Part shown: positions 20,625-31,380 of the stretch, in pieces
How the letters are laid out: each line of letters begins with the position of its first letter
How positions within the stretch are numbered: the stretch's first letter is position 1
NCBI GenBank assembly: GCA_965215015.1
Contig: OZ244042.1
Span: 672,001 to 736,000 of the forward strand
Source of the DNA: Candidatus Poribacteria bacterium
Lineage (GTDB): Bacteria > Poribacteria > WGA-4E > PCPOR2b
Length of the DNA stretch: 64,000 nt
Direction of reading: 5' to 3'
Notes under the pieces: model-generated
What the model was told of the DNA's origin: nothing
What the model saw: the letters and a program-made list of their open reading frames with translations, nothing else
Database searches by the model: none
Program-made: the position numbers and the translations under genes

Positions 20625-21605
20625 ATGTCCCTGTCACCTGAATTGTGCAAAACAATGTATAAAAATATGTGGCGCATCCGGCTCTTCGAGGAAGAGGCGA
20701 ATCGCCAGACAAGTCTCGGCTCCGTGGTTGGTGCCCTTCACATGTACTGTGGGGAGGAGGCAGTCGCTATTGGCGTCTGTTCCAACCTACGGGATGACGA
20801 TTATGTTCTCGGTACGCACCGCAGTCATGGTCACTGCTTAGCCAAGGGTGCTGAATCACACCGTATGATGGCAGAGCTTTTCGGCAAAGCCACAGGGACG
20901 TGCGCGGGGAAAGGTGGCTCGATGCACATCGCCGATTTCTCACTCAACATGCTCGGTGCTAACGGTATTGTCGGTGCCGGCATCGCGCCAGCCACGGGTG
21001 CCGCACTTGCCAGCAAGTTACGCGGAACGGATCAGGTATCGGTGTGCTTCTTTGGTGATGGTGCGGCTGCACGTGGCACCTTTCACGAAGGCATCGGGCT
21101 TGGGGCTTTGTGGAAGCTTCCCGTTGTCTACGTCTGCGAGAATAACCAGTATCAGCAGTGGGTGCCGCGCATGAATGTAGCGGTGCTCGATTCAGTCGCC
21201 GATATGGCAGGATCTTATGCAATCCCCGGTGTGTCGGTTGATGGTCAGAACCTCGTCGAGGTCTACGAGGTCGCGGGTGAAGCAGTTGAGCGGGCCCGCA
21301 AAGGTGGTGGACCTACATTGATTGAGGCACGAACCTATCGCTTCTACGGACATAGTTTGGGGGACGAAGAGCAGTACCGCACCTCCGATGAGGTTGAAGA
21401 GTGGAGGACCAATCGTGATCCGATCACCACCTTCCGATCGATGCTGATGGAGCAGGGGTGGTTGACCCAAGAGGAGGACGCCCAGATTCAGAACGAGGTC
21501 AAAGATGAGATTACCGAGGCAGTGAGATTTGCCGAGGAGAGTCCGTTCCCGACGCCTGATAATGTTACCACGGATGTCCTCGCCCCTGAGCAGGAGGTGG
21601 CATAA
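20625..21605 (+). CDS. TPP-dependent dehydrogenase E1 alpha (AcoA/PdhA-like)
   Basis: THRSHGH, GKGGSMH, GDGA...ENN. Confidence 0.9.
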   Translation: MSLSPELCKTMYKNMWRIRLFEEEANRQTSLGSVVGALHMYCGEEAVAIGVCSNLRDDDYVLGTHRSHGHCLAKGAESHRMMAELFGKATGTCAGKGGSMHIADFSLNMLGANGIVGAGIAPATGAALASKLRGTDQVSVCFFGDGAAARGTFHEGIGLGALWKLPVVYVCENNQYQQWVPRMNVAVLDSVADMAGSYAIPGVSVDGQNLVEVYEVAGEAVERARKGGGPTLIEARTYRFYGHSLGDEEQYRTSDEVEEWRTNRDPITTFRSMLMEQGWLTQEEDAQIQNEVKDEITEAVRFAEESPFPTPDNVTTDVLAPEQEVA

Positions 21606-22576
21606 TGAGAACACTAACTTTTAGTGAGGCATTACGAGAGGCATTGCACGAGGAGATGGAACGTGACGAGACGATATTCGTCATCGGTGAAGATGTTATT
21701 ACGCACGGTGGCCCTTACAAAGTGACGGAGGGCATTGCGGAGCGTTTCCCGGATCGGATTTTCGAGACACCGATTGCAGAGGCAGGGATTATGGGCGTGG
21801 GGGTCGGTGCTGCTATGGCAGGGATGACCCCCGTGGTCGAAATTATGTACATGGATTTCGTGACTTGTGCCATGGACGAAGTGGTCAACCAAGCGGCAAA
21901 GATGCGTTACATGACCGGCGGTCAAGCAAGTGTGCCGATGGTCATTCGCCTACCATGCGGCGTTGGTCGGTTGCTGGCGGCGCAGCACTCGCAGATTATG
22001 GAGTCGTGGTTCATGCACGTTCCGGGCTTACAGGTGGTCGTACCCTCGACACCCGGTGATGCAAAGGGATTGCTCAAATCTGCAATACGCAATCCTGACC
22101 CGGTGCTGTTTTTCGAGTACAAGCGGATCTATACCTCTAGGGGGGAGGTTCCGGATGGGGAACACATCATACCCCTTGGTCAAGCCAAGATCTGCCGCGA
22201 GGGAGAGGATGTAACTGTTGTTGCTATTGGTCCAATGGTACAGAAGGCACTGGAAGCAGCAGTGCTGTTAGAGGACGACGGTTATGACGTTGAGGTTGTC
22301 GACGCAAGAAGCCTGTCGCCGTTGGATACCGAGACGATTTGTGAGTCGGTAAGCCGGACGGGTCATGCTGTAGTCTGTGGAGAGGACTCCAGTTTTGCCG
22401 GGGCAGCTTCCGAGATAGCGGCGATGATCGGTGAAAACTGTTTCAGAGACCTTAATGGGCCGGTCGTTCGGGTTGGCAGTCCGCATGTGCCGATGCCGTT
22501 CAGTTCCGAGCTCGTCAAGCACGTTGTGCCTGAAGTTACTAATATCACTGAGGCGGTTAGTCACGCAATGATGTAA
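21605..22576 (+). CDS. Dehydrogenase E1 beta (AcoB/PdhB-like)
   Basis: TPIAEAG, NQAAKMRYM, AAQHSQ. Confidence 0.9.
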   Translation: MRTLTFSEALREALHEEMERDETIFVIGEDVITHGGPYKVTEGIAERFPDRIFETPIAEAGIMGVGVGAAMAGMTPVVEIMYMDFVTCAMDEVVNQAAKMRYMTGGQASVPMVIRLPCGVGRLLAAQHSQIMESWFMHVPGLQVVVPSTPGDAKGLLKSAIRNPDPVLFFEYKRIYTSRGEVPDGEHIIPLGQAKICREGEDVTVVAIGPMVQKALEAAVLLEDDGYDVEVVDARSLSPLDTETICESVSRTGHAVVCGEDSSFAGAASEIAAMIGENCFRDLNGPVVRVGSPHVPMPFSSELVKHVVPEVTNITEAVSHAMM

Positions 22577-22598
22577 TAAGAGGAGAAAGGGAGGATTC

Positions 22599-23999
22599 AT
22601 GGCAATACAGTTCCGTTTACCGGCTCTCGGCCACACCATGGAAACGGGTCGCGTTGTTGAGTGGCATATAGCCGAAGGCAGCAAAATTGAGGAGGGGCAG
22701 CTTCTGGTCTCGATTGAAACAGACAAGGCTGTCGCTGACATTGAGTCCCCGGTCAGCGGTGTGCTGTTGCGCATCGTGGGTCAGGTTGATGGTGTGTACG
22801 ACGTTGGCGCGCCCCTCGCTTGGATTGGAGAAAAAGGTGAAGAGGTACCGGACGAATCTGCAGAACAGTCTCAAGCCCCCGCTGCGAAGCAAGCCGCAGA
22901 ATCACGAGCGACTCCTGTTGCCCTACGGTTCGCTCAACGGCACGGCGTAGATGCTGAAGCGTTGCAGGGAACGGGTCCGGGTGGACGGGTCACTAAGGAA
23001 GATGTGCAGCGCGCCATTGAGGACGGCACTGCCACTCCGCTAAAAGCACCTAGCGAGGCTCCAGCTCCTAGGCCTGCAGCGCAGCCCAAGAAGCCTGCTG
23101 CGGATCGTCCTGCGGGGGCCCGGGTAACTCCTGTTGCCCTACGGCTCGCTCAACGGCACGGCGTAGATGCTGAAGCGTTGCAGGGGACGGGTCCGGGCGG
23201 GCGGGTCACTAAGGAAGATGTGCAGCGCGCCATAGAGGACGGCACTGCCACTCCGCTAAAAACGACCGACGATACGCCACAAAAAGCAGCCGCCGATAGT
23301 CAGGCTGCGGGCGTTGAGGTTATTCCACTTGCCGGCATCCGTCGTACTACTGCCGAGCGTCTTGGAACAATCTGGTCCCAAGCACCACATGTTACGGAAG
23401 GGATTGAGGTCGATTTCACCGCGCTCCAAGCCGCTCGTGCGGCAAATGCGGAGGCATGGCGCGATGCTTATGGAGTTGCACCGACGCTAAACGATTTTGT
23501 GCTGAAAGCGACCGCCGAAGCGTTGAAATCACAACCTCAACTCAACGCGGCACTGATTGACGACGCGATACACCAGTATAGCGACATCAATTTAGGGGTT
23601 GCCATTGACATTGAGTCGGGGTTGGTCGTACCGGTGGTTCGCAAAGTTGATACGCTCGGCGTGATAGCACTTGCAGGCAAAGTGAGGGAACTCGCAGACC
23701 GTGCCCGAAACGGAAAGCTGGGGCTCGACGACTTTGCGGGTGGCACGTTTACGGTGACGAATCTCGGCGGTCTTGGTGTAGATTGGTTCACGCCGGTTCT
23801 GAACCCCCCGCAGTGTGCGATACTGGGAGTGGGTCGGGTCCGTCAAGCTGCTGTGGTGGCAGATCGATCAATCCAGTTCCGAGACGTAGCAACATTGGTT
23901 CTTACCTTTGACCACCGAGCGGTTGACGGGGCCCCCTGTGCTCGTTTCCTCGGAGATTTACGCGCACGTATTGAGGCTCCAGATCAGCTGCTGCCTTAG
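22599..23999 (+). CDS. Dihydrolipoamide acyltransferase E2 with two E3-binding domains
   Basis: Lipoyl ETDKA, duplicated GTGPGGRVTKEDV, FDHRAVDG. Confidence 0.9.
   Translation: MAIQFRLPALGHTMETGRVVEWHIAEGSKIEEGQLLVSIETDKAVADIESPVSGVLLRIVGQVDGVYDVGAPLAWIGEKGEEVPDESAEQSQAPAAKQAAESRATPVALRFAQRHGVDAEALQGTGPGGRVTKEDVQRAIEDGTATPLKAPSEAPAPRPAAQPKKPAADRPAGARVTPVALRLAQRHGVDAEALQGTGPGGRVTKEDVQRAIEDGTATPLKTTDDTPQKAAADSQAAGVEVIPLAGIRRTTAERLGTIWSQAPHVTEGIEVDFTALQAARAANAEAWRDAYGVAPTLNDFVLKATAEALKSQPQLNAALIDDAIHQYSDINLGVAIDIESGLVVPVVRKVDTLGVIALAGKVRELADRARNGKLGLDDFAGGTFTVTNLGGLGVDWFTPVLNPPQCAILGVGRVRQAAVVADRSIQFRDVATLVLTFDHRAVDGAPCARFLGDLRARIEAPDQLLP
22911..23261 (+). repeat. Near-identical ~135-bp direct repeat within E2 (22911-23045 and 23127-23261)
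   Basis: Direct sequence comparison; only a few substitutions. Confidence 0.85.
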
Positions 24000-24059
24000 C
24001 CCCCGCCGCAAGATATGAACTCGCCGTAATTCCGACATTACCGCGTTGGGGACATGCGT

Positions 24060-24850
24060 TCACGGCGTACAGGATTCTATTTCAAGTGGGGATTGTGAAA
24101 ATTGACACGCCCATGGCACCCCTAGACGAATCGGTATCAATAAGAAATCGTCAAGATTTATCAAGTTCCGTTGGTCCGGAACGTCGGGAGAAAAATCAAG
24201 TATCTCTGCTAGAACGTTGAGGGGCTTGATGTCAATCTCTTGAATGAGGTTGCTGCAGAATAGGGTCATCTGCAGCATGAGATTACTCTTCAGAGCTTCG
24301 TACATGAAATTAGGATCTGTCATATTGTAGAGGGATTCCGGGGGTTGCAGCAGAGCCTCCTTTTCGACGAGACCCCCTTTTTCCATGTCCATTTCTAGGG
24401 GGGCCAGAAATTACCTTCAAACATCGCACGAACCGCAGAGTTCTGGAGGGTAGCTGACGCGGCGGCAACGAAAAAAGCTTCTGTGTAAGCCTGATATACC
24501 CCGAAGCCGCCCACACCCTAATTGCCGCTGGATTCGCCTATGTGTGCGGCCAAGTATTCCTGCCAAGTCTCTTCGGCGTTCACTTGGGCACCTTGAGTGA
24601 AGCTGTTGCCATAGGTGTTGATACGACGGAGGCGATTGGCGTACAGGGATGCGCCGCGGGCTCCATTTTTTTGCACGGTGTTAATGGTAGAGCTATTGTC
24701 GATGCCGTCTTGGGGCAAATAGTTGCCGAGGATATACCCGACTTCCGGATCAAATTGGGCCCATGAGAGTTTTTCCGGATCGAGGCAATGATCGATTTCT
24801 TCTCTGCTACAAGTTCTTGCCCAAACATGTTATTCAGAAGTCATCATGTT
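24060..24850 (-). pseudogene. Fragmented SGNH/GDSL-like protein
   Basis: RRINTYGNSFTQGAQVNAEETWQEYLAAH in one frame, with flanking parts in other frames. Confidence 0.55.
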
Positions 24851-24907
24851 TGAAATTCTCCTCTATTTTAGTTTTCCTCAAGCAGAATAAAAACATGGTC
24901 ATCACTG

Positions 24908-26584
24908 TCACTGCGTCAGAATAACCGGAAGCAGAATATGTGATGGATATTGACTCGTATGATAAACCGTCTGCTGTGCCGAGCGTATCTCTGCATCAAC
25001 CCCTAAAGTGTTTCCTGTGTTCGGGTTGCGATCAAAGCGTGGGAAGTTAGAGGACGAGATTTCCAAGCGGACGCAATGCCCTTTTTGGAAGACATTCCCG
25101 GTGACTGCAACGTCGATTTCGTACTCATACACTGTGTTTGGTTCAAGGAGCGTTGGATTGGTGAAACTCTCGCGATATCGGGCGCGAATAATCCCGTCGC
25201 ACAGGTTCATTGCATAACCCGTTGGTGAAACATCCACCAGTTTCGCTGTCCAGTCGGTGTCCAGCCCGTCAGTAGCAGCGTAGAGGATAACCTTAATTGG
25301 TCCCGTCACCTCCATGTCCTCCGCCATCGGTTCACTAGTATAACAAAGAACGTCGCTACGCATCTCAGCTGGGCGTTGATCGTATGGGCCCCACGGAACG
25401 ATATGGGGTGAACAGCAGTTGTTGCCCCCTATCGTTTGGACCGGATAGCGCGGGTCGTAAACGAAGTGATCCGTTGGTTCATGTGCTGGAGCATCGGTGG
25501 ATAGTTCTCCATCGCCGAGTACAGAGTTCGCTTTGCCCTTTGAGTGGAGATACCATTTCTGCCACTGTGTTCGTGCAAGGGGCCACTCATGCTCATCACG
25601 CCACTCATTGACTCCCATGATAAACAATCGTAATGGAGGTTCATCAACAATCCCGTTATCAATTCCCTTGAGCCAGTAGTCGAACCAGCGGAGTTCTTCC
25701 CCATCTAGGTCAACCATTGAAGGTGCACCGAAGTCGATATCACCTGTGTGGGTGGAGGCACTCAGGGAGTGTGGCCACGGTCCAACGATGATTTTGCTCT
25801 GTCGGGATTCAGGGGTCCGCCCGCCCTGACGCAAGCCGTTAAAATTGATAAAGGTATGTTGTGCATAAAGGTCATACCAACCACCCATGTTAAACGCCGG
25901 GGCAGCAATCTCGCCCCATTTCGTCTCAACATTGATTGCATCCCAATAGTCATCATAGGCTGCGTGTTCGATCCAGTCCTTCCAGAACTGGAGTTTACGC
26001 CCGGCGAGTTCGTCCATCTCGATAAGCGGTAGTTTTCGGAACGCTTCCGTCCAGTGGTGGTATTCAATGCTCTGGGCAGTCCGCCCGTTGGTGCGCATCC
26101 CCCAAGTCATCAACACATTGAGCTGGAACACTCCACCGGGATAGACCAATCCGGTGTAAAAGTCATTGCAAATGACGCGAGGCACCATACAGGTCAGAAA
26201 TTCGCTGCGGTGGGGTGCACTCTGCCATTGCACCAACCCCACATACGACCCGCCCGCCATACCGATTTTTCCGTTACACCACTCCTGCTGACCAATCCAC
26301 TCCTGAGTATCGTAGCCATCTGGTCCGTGATTTTTAAAAGGATAATGCTCGCCATCTGAATCCCAGCGCCCTCGTACATCCTGAATCACGCAGGCGTAGC
26401 CGTTATTTGCTAGTTGACGTGCTTTTTCGATCATAGTGTCCATGTTGTTACTATAAGGTGTGCGCATCAACACCGTCGGAAACTTTCCCGGTACTTTTGG
26501 GAGATAGATATCTGATGACAGATTCACCCCATCGCGCATCGGTGTCTTTATGTTCAAACGCATTTCCACATCGTAATTCGCCAT
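24908..26584 (-). CDS. CocE/NonD family hydrolase
   Basis: RTPY, QDVRGR, GGSYVG, GPWPH, SSNFPRFDRN. Confidence 0.92.
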   Translation of the reverse strand: MANYDVEMRLNIKTPMRDGVNLSSDIYLPKVPGKFPTVLMRTPYSNNMDTMIEKARQLANNGYACVIQDVRGRWDSDGEHYPFKNHGPDGYDTQEWIGQQEWCNGKIGMAGGSYVGLVQWQSAPHRSEFLTCMVPRVICNDFYTGLVYPGGVFQLNVLMTWGMRTNGRTAQSIEYHHWTEAFRKLPLIEMDELAGRKLQFWKDWIEHAAYDDYWDAINVETKWGEIAAPAFNMGGWYDLYAQHTFINFNGLRQGGRTPESRQSKIIVGPWPHSLSASTHTGDIDFGAPSMVDLDGEELRWFDYWLKGIDNGIVDEPPLRLFIMGVNEWRDEHEWPLARTQWQKWYLHSKGKANSVLGDGELSTDAPAHEPTDHFVYDPRYPVQTIGGNNCCSPHIVPWGPYDQRPAEMRSDVLCYTSEPMAEDMEVTGPIKVILYAATDGLDTDWTAKLVDVSPTGYAMNLCDGIIRARYRESFTNPTLLEPNTVYEYEIDVAVTGNVFQKGHCVRLEISSSNFPRFDRNPNTGNTLGVDAEIRSAQQTVYHTSQYPSHILLPVILTQ

Positions 26585-26644
26585 GATTTCCTCCTATTTT
26601 TTTGTTCACTAGTTCAGTAATAAACCAATGGACTAATCCTTCCT

Positions 26645-27367
26645 CTACCCGCCGCTTTCAGTTTGTATTTTAATGAATCGCAAAGTACCAAAATGTTGTG
26701 GTCGGTGATAATCAATCTTTCGGGTAGGCGACCATGCGGTGTATTCGTCCTCGGCTTCCGTTTTACCGCGATCAATCCGATATAGGTTCATACGCCAGAC
26801 ATCTCCCACTTTCGGTGGAATATTTGGAGCAGTCAGTAAATCCTTGAATGGGACAGCGATTTCGCAAGACCAAGATATATCCGGTGGACTGGTGGATACC
26901 CCTCTGTTAGCAGGGGAGTTTGTTTTTATTATGCCATCAACGGAAACATCGTGTTGTAACGTTGCGCTATTCCAATCGCGCAGCACTTGAATTCCCTGCC
27001 CGTGCGATTTACCATTGACGACAAAAGCATCAAACAATGTATTGAGGGGACTCACCTCAAGCTCGATGTATGTCCGGAGATTGCTGTCCGGATTAAGAAA
27101 AACTTCGACCACCTCTTCGTTATAGATGTCCCCGTCCCGCTCATGGATTGTTCCCCAAATATCTTGATCATAGCACAGAAAGCCGACGTAGAGGTACTCG
27201 CTATTCCAGAGCAGCCGAACCTCTGTTAGTTGACGTGGCTTTTCGCCGGTATCTGTCGTCAGCAATTCAATGACATCGGCTGACGCCCATGCAGCATCTA
27301 TAAGCGTACCATCAATCTTTATCTCACCATCGATCCGAACACAATCATATTGCGGCAATTCTATCAT
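26645..27367 (-). CDS. Carbohydrate-binding family 9-like protein
   Basis: IDG...W, EVVEVF, WRMNLYRID, YH.P..FG; probable start MIELPQY after AAGGAGG. Confidence 0.75.
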   Translation of the reverse strand: MIELPQYDCVRIDGEIKIDGTLIDAAWASADVIELLTTDTGEKPRQLTEVRLLWNSEYLYVGFLCYDQDIWGTIHERDGDIYNEEVVEVFLNPDSNLRTYIELEVSPLNTLFDAFVVNGKSHGQGIQVLRDWNSATLQHDVSVDGIIKTNSPANRGVSTSPPDISWSCEIAVPFKDLLTAPNIPPKVGDVWRMNLYRIDRGKTEAEDEYTAWSPTRKIDYHRPQHFGTLRFIKIQTESGG

Positions 27368-27587
27368 CGGTTCCTCCTTCGTTAAATGAGGGGTGCTGAT
27401 AATTATTGTCTGAATCGCGGATTCAGCAGATGCAGCAGATAACACGAATACAGATAGGGGGCTCAGGCGGGAGATGAGGCAAGAGGCCCTACCTACGGGG
27501 TTGGGGATATTTTATTTTTTTCCATTATGGTTGGGAGCTTAGTGGAAGTTGGGTATTAGCCAAGCCATTTGCTCTAACGATTGTGGG

Positions 27588-27619
27588 GTTTACGGCACGC
27601 TGAGCGTGCCTACTACTTT
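27588..27619. repeat. GTAG-type REP-like palindrome
   Basis: TTACGGCACGCTGAGCGTGCCTACTAC, inverted homologue of 18983. Confidence 0.6.
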
Positions 27620-27647
27620 ATGAGCTCCCCCTCCGTTAAATAATGTC

Positions 27648-28730
27648 CTATGTTTCGCGTATGACGAGATCAACCCCCAGACCGGGGCGATCGGAAAGTT
27701 CGATACACCCAGAAACTATCTGCTCCGGCGGGTTAAGGAGTTCAGCCCGCCATCCCACCTCACCCCATGCGTACTCTAGGATCGCAAAGTTCGGCACAGT
27801 TGCCATACACTGCACACTTGCTGCAGTCGCAACCGGCCCACTTGGGTTATGCGGTGTGACCATCACGTCTGCTGCTTCTGCCATTGCCGCAATCTTTTTC
27901 AATTCTAAGATTCCACCGACATGCTTCACATCTGGTAGAATATAGTCAGCAGCACGCTTCTCAAAAAGTCGTTGAAATCCGGATTTGGTTCGTAACTGCT
28001 CTCCGGTCGCGATTGGCATTGAGGTAGATTGACTGACGTGCGAGAGGGCATCTATATTTGTCATAGGAATGGGATCTTCGAGCCAGAAGAGATGAAGGTC
28101 ATCAAGGGCTTTTGCTGTCTGGACAATCAAGCCCGGATTAAAACGGCTATGACAATCAACCATCAAATCAATGTCGGGTCCGATGGTTTCGCGGATGCGG
28201 CGGATACGTTCAATTCCGGTCCGAATCGCAGGTGCCAAAGTGCCGTGGGATATGTCGCGTGTAGAAACATCGTCAAAGGGGGCGCACTTAACCGCCGTAA
28301 ACCCTTCTTCGACCGCCTTCCTAGCATTTTGCGCGAAGCCTTCAGGGGTTCGGTTCACTGTCGCACGGTTGATGTTGGCATAGAGACGAATCTTCTCTCG
28401 ACATCTGCCACCCAAGAGTTGATGGGTGGGGGTGTTTAACGCCTTGCCGACAAGATCCCAGAGCGCGTGTTCGATTCCGCTGATTGCCGTGTGATAGGGG
28501 CGTCCTTCGTGCTCATGATACAACCGGCGGTGGAATTCCTCAATTTGGAACACCTCCCGACCAATGAGGGCAGAGTTGAATCCCTCAATAATTTGAACCA
28601 CACGTCCGTCGTGTCCGTGAGATGCTTCGCCGATGCCGACTAAACCATCTTCAGCATGGATTTTGACAAAAACCCAATCTCCACGATGGTTGACATCCAC
28701 AGTATAAGTTTCGATTGCTTTAATTTTCAT
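27648..28730 (-). CDS. Mandelate racemase/MLE family enzyme (galactonate dehydratase-like)
   Basis: ALWDLVGK, VDCH, WLEDP, TGE, PHNP.GP. Confidence 0.85.
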   Translation of the reverse strand: MKIKAIETYTVDVNHRGDWVFVKIHAEDGLVGIGEASHGHDGRVVQIIEGFNSALIGREVFQIEEFHRRLYHEHEGRPYHTAISGIEHALWDLVGKALNTPTHQLLGGRCREKIRLYANINRATVNRTPEGFAQNARKAVEEGFTAVKCAPFDDVSTRDISHGTLAPAIRTGIERIRRIRETIGPDIDLMVDCHSRFNPGLIVQTAKALDDLHLFWLEDPIPMTNIDALSHVSQSTSMPIATGEQLRTKSGFQRLFEKRAADYILPDVKHVGGILELKKIAAMAEAADVMVTPHNPSGPVATAASVQCMATVPNFAILEYAWGEVGWRAELLNPPEQIVSGCIELSDRPGLGVDLVIRET

Positions 28731-28737
28731 TTGATCC

Positions 28738-29142
28738 TCATTCGATAGAGCAAGTTTCAGATTCACAGTCCAATTTGCGCAAACGTGACCGATTCTTTGC
28801 AATGATTAGGTACGCCCCCTTCAGCAGCGTCCGAATGACAGGTACAAGGTAGATCCATGTGATATAGCGATACCTGCCCAACCGTCTATAAATCTGGTAG
28901 ATGGTATCCGCTCCGCAATAGACCTTCCCGTTTGAGTCGATGAACCGCATTCCTTCTTTTGATTCGATGGCTTCAAGCTGTGGATAATATGCGTAGAGAT
29001 CGGGAGCTTGTTTGGGGGTATAGGTAAATTGATCCGCTTGATCTTTGTTCTGAATCTGGCGGATACCGTTCAAGCAGAAATTGCACTCTCCATCGTAAAT
29101 GATAACAGGTTTGGTTAGTTTAGTTGTATTGTCCATTTTCAT
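28738..29142 (-). CDS. DCC1-like thiol-disulfide oxidoreductase (DUF393)
   Basis: YDGECNFC; AAGGAG RBS. Confidence 0.8.
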   Translation of the reverse strand: MKMDNTTKLTKPVIIYDGECNFCLNGIRQIQNKDQADQFTYTPKQAPDLYAYYPQLEAIESKEGMRFIDSNGKVYCGADTIYQIYRRLGRYRYITWIYLVPVIRTLLKGAYLIIAKNRSRLRKLDCESETCSIE

Positions 29143-29170
29143 GAAGTAGATTCTCCTTTTGAGGCGATCT

Positions 29171-29590
29171 TTATGCGGGAAACCACCCTTGCAGAATTTC
29201 ACGGAAGCGACGAAAAGAATCGTCTTGGCACTTTCTCAAGCTCACCTGTTCCGTCAATTGTTGAAACAGTGCGGCGGAATGCTTTGTTTTAGTAAGACGA
29301 AGTAGTTCCCCTAAAAGCTCTTTCGGTCGAGAAGGTTTAGTTTCTCCCGCTTGGTGAGTCTAACAATTGCAAAACCTGACCATAGAGATGGCACTCTTCT
29401 GGACGTTCAATGACATCAATCATTTCCAGGTCCTGCAATACAGTACGACGGTGCTCCAACCAGTCTTTGAAATCACCCTCATGGTACTTACAGAACTCTC
29501 TAACAACAGGTGGAAGATTTGAACCGTCCATGCGAAATGTGCGCGGAACAGAAGGGCTCGAAGGGCGGCGCATATTAGATTAACAGATCA
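29171..29590 (-). pseudogene. Deletion remnant of MADS defence genes (internal mad3 fragment joined to the mad4 3' end)
   Basis: RRPSSP..PRTFRMDGSNLP...DWLEH..TVL.DL..I..IERPE (MAD3-like), then in another frame KPSRPKE...SAALFQQL.EQVSLRKCQDDSF....ILQGWFP* (MAD4-like); recognised from memory. Confidence 0.6.
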
Positions 29591-29604
29591 GCTGACCTCT
29601 TACA

Positions 29605-31371
29605 TTACATCTTCTCAAGTGTTTCAATGCCCAATAAAGCTAAAGCTTTTTTGATAACAGCTGCTGAAGCGTTTATCAGTGCTAATCGTGCTTTTATCAA
29701 TGAAGGGCTTCCGGCGGCAAGCACAGGGTGCTTGTGGTAGAATTGATTAACAGTTTGTGCGACGATGAACAGATGATTACAGATACGAGCGGGAGAGAGA
29801 TCCCGAGCGGCTTCTTCCACAACTTCAGGGAACTGGATTAGTGCACGAACTAACTGCAATTCCTCTTCATTGCCGAGCAGCGAAAAATCTGCATCAACCG
29901 AGGTAAGGTCTTGGGTTCGCGCTCTTCGCAGAATACTGGCACAGCGCGCGTAAGCATACTGGCAGTAGGGTCCGGTAAAGCCATCGAAGGAAATAGATTC
30001 TTTCGGATCAAAGTTGATGGTCAATTCGGGACGGACGCGGAGCAGATAGAATTTAATTGCTGCCATCCCGATGGCGAAGGCACGCTTCTGAACCTCCGCG
30101 TCTGACAGTCTGTCCTCTGAGTCCCGTTGCCGAATTTCATCTGCGGCAAGCTGGAACATCTCCTCAATGAGGTCATCGGCATCAATCACTGTTCCCTCAC
30201 GCGATTTCATTTTACCTTCTGGCAGATTCACCATACCGTACGACAGGTGGTAACACTCAGGTGCCCATTCAAAACCGAGCATATCGAGTAATTTAAATAA
30301 GCACTGGAAATGGTAGTTCTGTTCTGAACCGACGACATAAATGGAACGGTTGAGTTGATGTTCATCAAACTTCATCTTTGCTGTCCCCAAGTCCTGTGTG
30401 ATGTAAACACTTGTGCCATCCCTACGGAGGAGCGTCTCTACCTTCTGACTCCCATCCTTTTGTGTGCCGAATTCGTCAACAGGCAATTTGGCAATCACAG
30501 CACCGTCTTTAGCTTCGACGAAGGCACCTTTCTCCAAACCGGTTTGGATGAGATCCTTGCCGAGATTATAGGTATGGGACTCATAGTAGAAAGCATCAAA
30601 TTCCAGACCGAGTTTTTGATAGGTTTCGGCAAATCCGTTGTAAACCCACCCGTTCATCATCTCCCAGAGCTTGAGCGTTTCGGGATCGCCGGATTCCCAC
30701 TTCCGAAGCATTGCCTGCGTCTCTTGTTCCAGATTTGGGTGTTTCTCTTCCTCTTGTGCATAACGGACATACCAACCTCCAACAAAATGGTCGCCTTTCG
30801 TGCTAGTTGTCTCCGGCGCTCCACCATTTCCCCATTTCAACCAAGCGAGCATAGATTTGCAAATGTGAACACCGCGATCATTTACAAGGTTCGCCTTAAT
30901 CACTGTATGCCCTGTCGCTTCCAGCAGCTTTGACACCCCCATTCCAAGGACACCGTTGCGAATATGTCCTAAGTGCAAGGGTTTATTGGTGTTGGGGGAA
31001 AGATATTCAACCATCACCCGTTGTCCCGGCCCCACATTCGTGTTTCCAAGACGCTCCCCTTGTCGCACAATTTCATCACATACACCGCCGAACAGGGCTT
31101 GATTGTAGATTTTAACGTTTAAGTAGGGACCAACTGCTGCTACTGACTGGATCGACTCGCTCGGCTCTATTTCGGCTGCGATTCCTTGGGCAATTTTAGC
31201 TGGGTTTTGCCGAAACTGTTTTGCCAACGGGAAGCACTGCACCGTAAAGTCACCCAATCCGACCTGCGGTGGATAGCCCAATTTGAGGGCTTCCGGTTTT
31301 TGTCCAAACCCGTTTTGGCAGGCAACCTCTACGGCGGTTAGAATTTCGTTTTTAATGCTGCCAATCAACAT
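29605..31371 (-). CDS. argS: Arginine--tRNA ligase
   Basis: SPNTNKPLHLGH, KMKSREG, GPYCQYAYAR. Confidence 0.96.
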   Translation of the reverse strand: MLIGSIKNEILTAVEVACQNGFGQKPEALKLGYPPQVGLGDFTVQCFPLAKQFRQNPAKIAQGIAAEIEPSESIQSVAAVGPYLNVKIYNQALFGGVCDEIVRQGERLGNTNVGPGQRVMVEYLSPNTNKPLHLGHIRNGVLGMGVSKLLEATGHTVIKANLVNDRGVHICKSMLAWLKWGNGGAPETTSTKGDHFVGGWYVRYAQEEEKHPNLEQETQAMLRKWESGDPETLKLWEMMNGWVYNGFAETYQKLGLEFDAFYYESHTYNLGKDLIQTGLEKGAFVEAKDGAVIAKLPVDEFGTQKDGSQKVETLLRRDGTSVYITQDLGTAKMKFDEHQLNRSIYVVGSEQNYHFQCLFKLLDMLGFEWAPECYHLSYGMVNLPEGKMKSREGTVIDADDLIEEMFQLAADEIRQRDSEDRLSDAEVQKRAFAIGMAAIKFYLLRVRPELTINFDPKESISFDGFTGPYCQYAYARCASILRRARTQDLTSVDADFSLLGNEEELQLVRALIQFPEVVEEAARDLSPARICNHLFIVAQTVNQFYHKHPVLAAGSPSLIKARLALINASAAVIKKALALLGIETLEKM

Positions 31372-31380
31372 CCGTCCCTC

